The notes beneath the pieces were generated by a model. It saw only the letters and a list, made by a program, of their open reading frames with translations. It was not told the origin of the DNA and did no database searches. The translations under genes and the position numbers were made by a program. DNA of 8,806 bases from IMG/VR virus record IMGVR_UViG_2609459856_000004, one strand, 5' to 3'. This document shows, piece by piece, positions 1 through 8,806 of this stretch (within the stretch, counting starts at the first letter, position 1; every line of letters starts with the position of its first letter). This stretch comes from a virus. Its lineage: Duplodnaviria > Heunggongvirae > Uroviricota > Caudoviricetes.

Positions 1-2950
<2,950 letters not shown>

Positions 2951-2951
<1 letters not shown>

Positions 2952-3649
2952 TGCAGGATATCCGGCAGGAAACACTGAATGAATGCACCCGTGCGGAGCA
3001 GTCGGCCAGCGTGGTGCTCTGGGAAATCGATCTGACAGAGGTCGGTGGAGAGCGTTATTTTTTCTGTAATGAGCAGAACGAAAAAGGTGAGCCGGTCACC
3101 TGGCAGGGGCGACAGTATCAGGCGTATCCCATTCAGGGGAGCGGTTTTGAACTGAATGGCAAAGGCACCAGTACGCGCCCCACGCTGACGGTTTCTAACC
3201 TGTACGGTATGGTCACCGGGATGGTGGAAGATCTGCAGAGTCTGGTCGGCGGAACGGTGGTCAGGCGTAAGGTTTACGCCCGTTTTCTGGATGCGGTGAA
3301 TTTCGTCAACGGAAACAGTGATGCCGATCCGGAGCAGGAGGTGATCAGCCGCTGGCGCGTCGAGCAGTGCAGCGAACTGAGCGCGGTCAGTGCCTCCTTT
3401 GTGTTGTCCACGCCGACGGAAACGGATGGTGCTGTTTTTCCGGGGCGCATCATGCTGGCCAACACCTGCACCTGGACCTATCGCGGTGATGAGTGCGGTT
3501 ATAGCGGTCCGGCGGTCGCGGATGAATATGACCAGCCGACGTCCGATATCACGAAGGATAAATGCAGCAAATGCCTGAGTGGCTGTAAGTTCCGCAATAA
3601 CGTCGGCAACTTTGGCGGCTTCCTTTCCATTAACAAACTTTCGCAGTAA
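2951..3649 (+). CDS. L: Minor tail / tail-tip protein gpL (Cys-rich C-terminal region, Fe-S cluster binding in the lambda homologue)
   Basis: 232-aa ORF, same length as lambda gpL. TGATG 1-nt overlap with the M stop. C-terminal Cys cluster CTWTYRGDECGYSGP...DKCSKCLSGCKF. Confidence 0.9.
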
Positions 3650-3653
3650 TCCC

Positions 3654-4397
3654 ATGACAGAGACAGAATCAGCGATTCTGGCGCACGCCCGGCGATGTGC
3701 GCCAGCGGAGTCGTGCGGCTTCGTGGTGAGAACGCCGGAGGGGGAAAGATATTTTCCCTGCGTGAATATCTCCGGTGAGCCGGAGGATTATTTCCGGATG
3801 TCGCCGGAGGACTGGCTGCAGGCAGAAATGCAGGGTGAGATTGTGGCGCTGGTCCACAGTCATCCCGGTGGTCTGCCCTGGCTGAGTGAGGCCGACCGGC
3901 GGCTGCAGGTGCAGAGTGATTTGCCGTGGTGGCTGGTCTGCCGGGGGGCGATTCATAAGTTCCGCTGTGTGCCGCATCTCACCGGGCGGCGCTTTGAGCA
4001 CGGGGTGACGGACTGTTACACGCTGTTCCGGGACGCTTACCATCTGGCGGGGATTGAGATGCCGGACTTTCATCGTGAGGATGACTGGTGGCGTAACGGC
4101 CAGAATCTCTATCTGGATAATCTGGAGGCCACAGGGCTGTATCAGGTGCCGTTGTCAGCGGCGCAGCCGGGCGATGTGCTGCTGTGCTGTTTTGGTTCAT
4201 CGGTGCCGAATCATGCCGCCATTTACTGTGGTGACGGCGAGCTGCTGCACCATATTCCTGAACAACTGAGCAAACGAGAGAGGTACACCGACAAATGGCA
4301 GCGACGCACACACTCCCTCTGGCGTCACCGGGCATGGCGCGCATCTGCCTTTACGGGGATTTACAACGATTTGGTCGCCGCATCGACCTTCGTGTGA
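3654..4397 (+). CDS. K: Tail tip assembly protein gpK: N-terminal JAMM/MPN (JAB) metalloprotease-like domain plus C-terminal NlpC/P60 cysteine peptidase-like domain
   Basis: Track ORF 3579..4397; first ATG after the L stop is at 3654 (MTETESAILAHARRCA...), giving 247 aa. JAMM motif H-x-H-x7-S-x2-D present as HSHPGGLPWLSEAD (His codons 3855..3857 and 3861..3863, Asp 3894..3896). NlpC/P60-like Cys in GVTDCYTLF (codon 4014..4016) with downstream His residues (NHAAIY, LLHH). Alternative start at ATG 3798 (MSPEDW..., 199 aa, the classical lambda K length) is preceded by GGAGGA at 3782..3787. Confidence 0.75.
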   Translation: MTETESAILAHARRCAPAESCGFVVRTPEGERYFPCVNISGEPEDYFRMSPEDWLQAEMQGEIVALVHSHPGGLPWLSEADRRLQVQSDLPWWLVCRGAIHKFRCVPHLTGRRFEHGVTDCYTLFRDAYHLAGIEMPDFHREDDWWRNGQNLYLDNLEATGLYQVPLSAAQPGDVLLCCFGSSVPNHAAIYCGDGELLHHIPEQLSKRERYTDKWQRRTHSLWRHRAWRASAFTGIYNDLVAASTFV

Positions 4398-4966
4398 AAA
4401 CGGGGGCTGAAGCCATCCGGGCACTGGTCACACAGCTCCCGGCGTTTCGTCAGAAACTGAGCGACGGCTGGTATCAGGTACGGATTGCCGGGCGGGACGT
4501 CAGCACGTCCGGGTTAACGGCGCAGTTACATGAGACTCTGCCTGATGGCGCTGTGATTCATATTGTTCCCAGAGTCGCCGGGGCCAAGTCAGGTGGCGTA
4601 TTCCAGATTGTCCTGGGGGCTGCCGCCATTGCCGGATCATTCTTTACCGCCGGAGCCACCCTTGCAGCATGGGGGGCAGCCATTGGGGCCGGTGGTATGA
4701 CCGGCATCCTGTTTTCTCTCGGTGCCAGTATGGTGCTCGGTGGTGTGGCGCAGATGCTGGCACCGAAAGCCAGAACTCCCCGTACACAGACAACGGATAA
4801 CGGTAAGCAGAACACCTATTTCTCTTCACTGGATAACATGGTTGCCCAGGGCAATGTTCTGCCTGTTCTGTACGGGGAAATGCGCGTGGGGTCACGCGTG
4901 GTTTCTCAGGAGATCAGCACGGCAGACGAAGGGGACGGTGGTCAGGTTGTGGTGATTGGTCGCTGA
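4295..4966 (+). CDS. I: Tail tip assembly protein gpI: N-terminal ubiquitin-like domain plus Gly/Ala-rich hydrophobic C-terminal region
   Basis: 223-aa ORF (MAATHTLPLASPGMARICLYGDLQRFGRRIDLRV...), same length as lambda gpI and matching it by recollection. Start overlaps the 3' end of K by 103 nt in a different frame. Gly-Gly at residues 100-101 (codons 4592..4597) followed by a hydrophobic stretch. Confidence 0.9.
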   Translation: MAATHTLPLASPGMARICLYGDLQRFGRRIDLRVKTGAEAIRALVTQLPAFRQKLSDGWYQVRIAGRDVSTSGLTAQLHETLPDGAVIHIVPRVAGAKSGGVFQIVLGAAAIAGSFFTAGATLAAWGAAIGAGGMTGILFSLGASMVLGGVAQMLAPKARTPRTQTTDNGKQNTYFSSLDNMVAQGNVLPVLYGEMRVGSRVVSQEISTADEGDGGQVVVIGR

Positions 4967-4984
4967 TGCAAAATGTTTTATGTG

Positions 4985-5005
4985 AAACCGCCTGCGGGCG
5001 GTTTT
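4985..5005 (+). other. Short GC hairpin followed by T-run in the I–J intergenic spacer (possible attenuator or mRNA-stabilising stem-loop)
   Basis: aaaccgcc-tgcg-ggcggttt (8-bp stem, 4-nt loop) then T-rich tail, between the I stop (4964..4966) and the J ribosome-binding site (GGAG at 5015..5018). Confidence 0.3.
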
Positions 5006-5026
5006 GTCATTTATGGAGCGTGAGGA

Positions 5027-8000
5027 ATGGGTAAAGGAAGCAGTAAGGGGCATACCCCGCGCGAAGCGAAGGACAACCTGAAGTCCACGCAGTTGCTGAG
5101 TGTGATCGATGCCATCAGCGAAGGGCCGGTTGAAGGTCCGGTGGATGGATTAAAAAGCGTGCTGCTGAACAGTACGCCGGTGCTGGACACTGAGGGGAAT
5201 ACCAACATCTCCGGTGTCACGGTGGTGTTCCGTGCCGGTGAGCAGGAGCAGACACCGCCGGAGGGGTTTGAATCCTCCGGCTCCGAGACGGTGCTGGGTA
5301 CGGAAGTGAAATATGACACGCCGATCACCCGCACCATTACGTCTGCAAACATCGACCGTCTGCGCTTTACCTTCGGTGTACAGGCACTGGTGGAAACCAC
5401 CTCAAAGGGGGACAGGAATCCGTCGGAAGTCCGTCTGCTGGTTCAGATACAACGTAACGGTGGCTGGGTGACGGAAAAAGACATCACCATTAAGGGCAAA
5501 ACCACCTCGCAGTATCTGGCCTCGGTGGTGGTGGGTAGCCTGCCGCCGCGCCCGTTTAATATCCGGATGCGCAGGATGACGCCGGACAGCACCACAGACC
5601 AGCTGCAGAACAAAACGCTCTGGTCGTCATACACCGAAATCATCGATGTGAAACAGTGCTACCCGAACACGGCACTGGTCGGCGTGCAGGTGGACTCGGA
5701 GCAGTTCGGCAGCCAGCAGGTGAGCCGTAATTATCATCTTCGCGGGCGCATTCTGCAGGTGCCGTCGAACTATAACCCGCAGACGCGGCAATACAGCGGT
5801 ATCTGGGACGGAACGTTTAAGCCGGCATACAGCAACAACCCGGCCTGGTGTCTGTGGGATATGCTGACCCACCCGCGCTACGGCATGGGGAAACGTCTTT
5901 GTGCGGCGGATGTGGATAAATGGGCGCTGTATGTCATCGGCCAGTACTGCGACCAGTCAGTGCCGGACGGTTTTGGCGGCACGGAGCCGCGCATCACCTG
6001 TAATGCCTACCTGACCACGCAGCGTAAGGCGTGGGATGTGCTCAGTGATTTCTGCTCGGCGATGCGCTGTATGCCGGTATGGAACGGGCAGACGCTGACG
6101 TTCGTGCAGGACCGACCATCAGATAAGGTGTGGACCTGTAACCGCAGTAATGTGGTGATGCCGGATGATGGCGCGCCGTTCCGCTACAGCTTCAGCGCCC
6201 TGAAGGACCGCCATAATGCCGTTGAGGTGAACTGGATTGACCCGAACAACGGCTGGGAGACGGCGACAGAGCTTGTTGAAGATACGCAGGCCATTGCCCG
6301 TTACGGTCGTAATGTCACGAAGATGGATGCCTTTGGCTGTACCAGCCGGGGGCAGGCGCACCGCGCCGGGCTGTGGCTGATTAAAACGGAACTGCTGGAA
6401 ACGCAGACCGTGGACTTCAGCGTGGGTGCAGAAGGGCTTCGCCATGTACCGGGCGATGTCATTGAAATCTGCGATGATGACTATGCCGGTATCAGCACCG
6501 GCGGGCGCGTGCTGGCGGGAAACAGCCAGACCCGGACGCTGACGCTCGACCGTGAAATCACGCTGCCATCCTCCGGTACCACGCTGATAAGCCTGGTTGA
6601 CGGAAGTGGCAATCCGGTCAGCGTGGAGGTTCAGTCCGTCACCGACGGCGTGAAGGTAAAAGTGAGCCGTGTTCCTGACGGTGTTGCTGAATACAGCGTA
6701 TGGGGGCTGAAGCTGCCGACGCTGCGTCAGCGACTGTTCCGCTGTGTGAGTATCCGTGAGAACGACGACGGCACGTATGCCATCACTGCCGTGCAGCATG
6801 TACCGGAGAAAGAAGCCATCGTGGATAACGGGGCGCACTTTGACGGTGACCAGAGCGGCACGGTGAATGGTGTCACGCCGCCAGCGGTGCAGCACCTGAC
6901 TGCCGAAGTCACTGCAGACAGCGGGGAGTATCAGGTACTGGCCCGCTGGGACACGCCGAAGGTGGTGAAGGGCGTGAGCTTCCTGCTTCGCCTGACCGTG
7001 GCAGCGGACGACGGCAGTGAGCGGCTGGTCAGCACGGCCAGGACGACGGAAACCACATACCGCTTCAGGCAACTGGCGCTGGGGCGTTACACGCTGACGG
7101 TCCGGGCGGTAAATGCGTGGGGACAGCAGGGCGATCCGGCATCGGTATCGTTCCGGATTGCCGCACCGGCAGCGCCGTCGCGGATTGAGCTGACGCCGGG
7201 CTATTTTCAGATAACTGCCACGCCGCATCTTGCGGTTTATGATCCGACGGTACAGTTTGAGTTCTGGTTCTCGGAAACGCGGATTACCGATATCAGGCAG
7301 GTTGAAACCACAGCCCGCTATCTTGGCACGGCGCTGTACTGGATAGCCGCCAGTATCAATATCAAACCGGGCCATGATTATTATTTTTACATCCGCAGTG
7401 TGAACACCGTTGGCAAATCGGCATTTGTGGAGGCTGTTGGCCAGCCGAGTGATGATGCATCCGGCTATCTGGATTTTTTCAAAGGCGAGATAGGGAAAAG
7501 CCATCTGGCTCAGGAGCTGTGGACGCAGATTGATAACGGTCAGCTTGCGCCTGACCTGGCTGAAATCAGGACGTCCATTACGGATGTCAGCAATGAAATC
7601 ACGCAGACCGTCAATAAGAAACTGGAAGACCAGAGTGCGGCAATTCAGCAGATACAGAAGGTTCAGGTTGATACAAATAATAACCTGAACAGCATGTGGG
7701 CTGTGAAGCTGCAGCAGATGCAGGACGGACGCCTTTATATCGCGGGTATTGGTGCCGGTATTGAGAACACCCCTGACGGCATGCAGAGTCAGGTGCTGCT
7801 GGCGGCGGACAGGATTGCGATGGTTAATCCTGCGAATGGCAACACAAAGCCGATGTTTGTTGGTCAGGGCGATCAGATATTCATGAACGAAGTGTTCCTG
7901 AAATATCTGACGGCTCCCACCATTACCAGCGGCGGTAATCCTCCGGCATTTTCCCTGACACCGGACGGGCGGCTGACGGCGAAAAATGCCGATATCAGCG

Positions 8001-8506
8001 GTAACGTGAATGCGAACTCCGGGACGCTCAACAACGTCACGATTAACGAGAACTGCCGGGTTCTGGGAAAACTGTCCGCGAACCAGATTGAAGGCGATCT
8101 CGTTAAAACAGTGGGCAAAGCTTTCCCCCGGGACTCCCGTGCACCGGAACGGTGGCCATCAGGGACCATTACCGTCAGGGTTTATGACGATCAGCCGTTT
8201 GACCGGCAGATTGTTATTCCGGCGGTGGCATTCAGCGGCGCTAAACATGAGAGAGAGCATACTGATATTTACTCCTCATGCCGTCTGATAGTGCGGAAAA
8301 ACGGTGCTGAAATTTATAACCGTACCGCGCTGGATAATACGCTGATTTACAGTGGCGTTATTGATATGCCTGCCGGTCACGGTCACATGACGCTGGAGTT
8401 TTCGGTGTCAGCATGGCTGGTAAATGACTGGTATCCCACAGCAAGTATCAGCGATTTGCTGGTTGTGGTGATGAAGAAAGCCACCGCAGGCATCAGTATC
8501 AGCTGA
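5027..8506 (+). CDS. J: Central tail fibre / host specificity protein gpJ (tail tip attachment protein)
   Basis: 1159-aa ORF beginning [34 protein letters not shown]..., matching the lambda gpJ N-terminus by recollection. GGAG Shine-Dalgarno 8 nt upstream. Fibronectin-III-like repeats in the middle (about residues 615-805). C-terminal ~150 aa would be the receptor-binding region. Confidence 0.9.
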   Translation: MGKGSSKGHTPREAKDNLKSTQLLSVIDAISEGPVEGPVDGLKSVLLNSTPVLDTEGNTNISGVTVVFRAGEQEQTPPEGFESSGSETVLGTEVKYDTPITRTITSANIDRLRFTFGVQALVETTSKGDRNPSEVRLLVQIQRNGGWVTEKDITIKGKTTSQYLASVVVGSLPPRPFNIRMRRMTPDSTTDQLQNKTLWSSYTEIIDVKQCYPNTALVGVQVDSEQFGSQQVSRNYHLRGRILQVPSNYNPQTRQYSGIWDGTFKPAYSNNPAWCLWDMLTHPRYGMGKRLCAADVDKWALYVIGQYCDQSVPDGFGGTEPRITCNAYLTTQRKAWDVLSDFCSAMRCMPVWNGQTLTFVQDRPSDKVWTCNRSNVVMPDDGAPFRYSFSALKDRHNAVEVNWIDPNNGWETATELVEDTQAIARYGRNVTKMDAFGCTSRGQAHRAGLWLIKTELLETQTVDFSVGAEGLRHVPGDVIEICDDDYAGISTGGRVLAGNSQTRTLTLDREITLPSSGTTLISLVDGSGNPVSVEVQSVTDGVKVKVSRVPDGVAEYSVWGLKLPTLRQRLFRCVSIRENDDGTYAITAVQHVPEKEAIVDNGAHFDGDQSGTVNGVTPPAVQHLTAEVTADSGEYQVLARWDTPKVVKGVSFLLRLTVAADDGSERLVSTARTTETTYRFRQLALGRYTLTVRAVNAWGQQGDPASVSFRIAAPAAPSRIELTPGYFQITATPHLAVYDPTVQFEFWFSETRITDIRQVETTARYLGTALYWIAASINIKPGHDYYFYIRSVNTVGKSAFVEAVGQPSDDASGYLDFFKGEIGKSHLAQELWTQIDNGQLAPDLAEIRTSITDVSNEITQTVNKKLEDQSAAIQQIQKVQVDTNNNLNSMWAVKLQQMQDGRLYIAGIGAGIENTPDGMQSQVLLAADRIAMVNPANGNTKPMFVGQGDQIFMNEVFLKYLTAPTITSGGNPPAFSLTPDGRLTAKNADISGNVNANSGTLNNVTINENCRVLGKLSANQIEGDLVKTVGKAFPRDSRAPERWPSGTITVRVYDDQPFDRQIVIPAVAFSGAKHEREHTDIYSSCRLIVRKNGAEIYNRTALDNTLIYSGVIDMPAGHGHMTLEFSVSAWLVNDWYPTASISDLLVVVMKKATAGISIS

Positions 8507-8525
8507 ATTTTATAACCTCAATACG

Positions 8526-8549
8526 GGCGTCAGAAATGACGCCTTTTTT
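8526..8549 (+). terminator. Rho-independent terminator downstream of J
   Basis: Stem ggcgtca (8526..8532), GAAA tetraloop (8533..8536), stem tgacgcc (8537..8543), then TTTTTT (8544..8549). Lies 20 nt after the J stop. Confidence 0.7.
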
Positions 8550-8573
8550 ATTGCAGAAAAGCGAGAGGTAATT

Positions 8574-8806
8574 ATGCGTAAATTATGTGCTGTTATTCTG
8601 TCCGCAGTAGTCTGGCTGGTTGCCGCTGGTACGCCAGCGAGCGCAGCAGAGCATCAGTCCACACTAAGCGCCGGGTATCTTCAGGCCCATACTGATATGC
8701 CAGGCAGTGATGACCTGAAGGGCATTAACGTGAAATACCGTTATGAATTTACGGACACGCTGGGGCTGGTGACGTCATTCAGTTATGCCAATGCCAAAGA
8801 TGAGCA
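8574..8806 (+). CDS. lom: Lom-like outer membrane protein (Ail/Lom/PagC/Rck family), N-terminal 77 codons; continues beyond the window end
   Basis: ATG at 8574 preceded by GAGAGG (8563..8568). Translation MRKLCAVILSAVVWLVAAGTPASAAEHQSTLSAGYLQAHTDMPGSDDLKGINVKYRYEFTDTLGLVTSFSYANAKDE has a signal-peptide-like N-terminus and matches lambda Lom by recollection. Position immediately after J is as in lambda. Confidence 0.85.
   Translation, partial: MRKLCAVILSAVVWLVAAGTPASAAEHQSTLSAGYLQAHTDMPGSDDLKGINVKYRYEFTDTLGLVTSFSYANAKDE

Noticed and set aside
3579-3653. Upstream extension of the K ORF to 3579 (MAVSSAITSATLAASFPLTNFRSNP...)
   Set aside because: It overlaps the 3' end of L in another frame, and the first ATG after the L stop (3654) is the more plausible start. 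The extension is probably just an open frame.
6119-7504. 461-aa minus-strand ORF lying entirely antisense within J
   Set aside because: Its translation is Arg/Cys/His-rich and low in complexity, typical of a stop-poor antisense frame in GC-rich coding DNA. It has no recognisable motifs or start context and fully overlaps a strongly supported gene.

Overview
This window is the tail-tip assembly block of a lambda-like (lambdoid) prophage, in the canonical order H (tape measure) – M – L – K – I – J (central tail fibre / host specificity) – lom, all on the + strand with tight or overlapping gene junctions (ATGA at H/M, TGATG at M/L, 103-nt out-of-frame K/I overlap). The protein sequences match my recollection of phage lambda gpH, gpM, gpL, gpK, gpI and the N-terminal part of gpJ very closely; this is recall, not a database search. 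The left edge (1..~278) is the end of an IS3-family insertion sequence whose transposase OrfA reads leftward out of the window. It has inserted into the 5' part of H and removed roughly the first 69 codons, so H is most likely a pseudogene or at best N-terminally truncated. Other points worth checking are the K start codon (the longer ORF carries a complete JAMM motif), the K–I JAMM/ubiquitin-like pairing, a J that is longer than lambda's with a possibly different receptor-binding end, a clean intrinsic terminator after J, and the lom moron. I do not see an undescribed multi-gene system here; essentially every base is accounted for by known phage tail genes plus the IS end.
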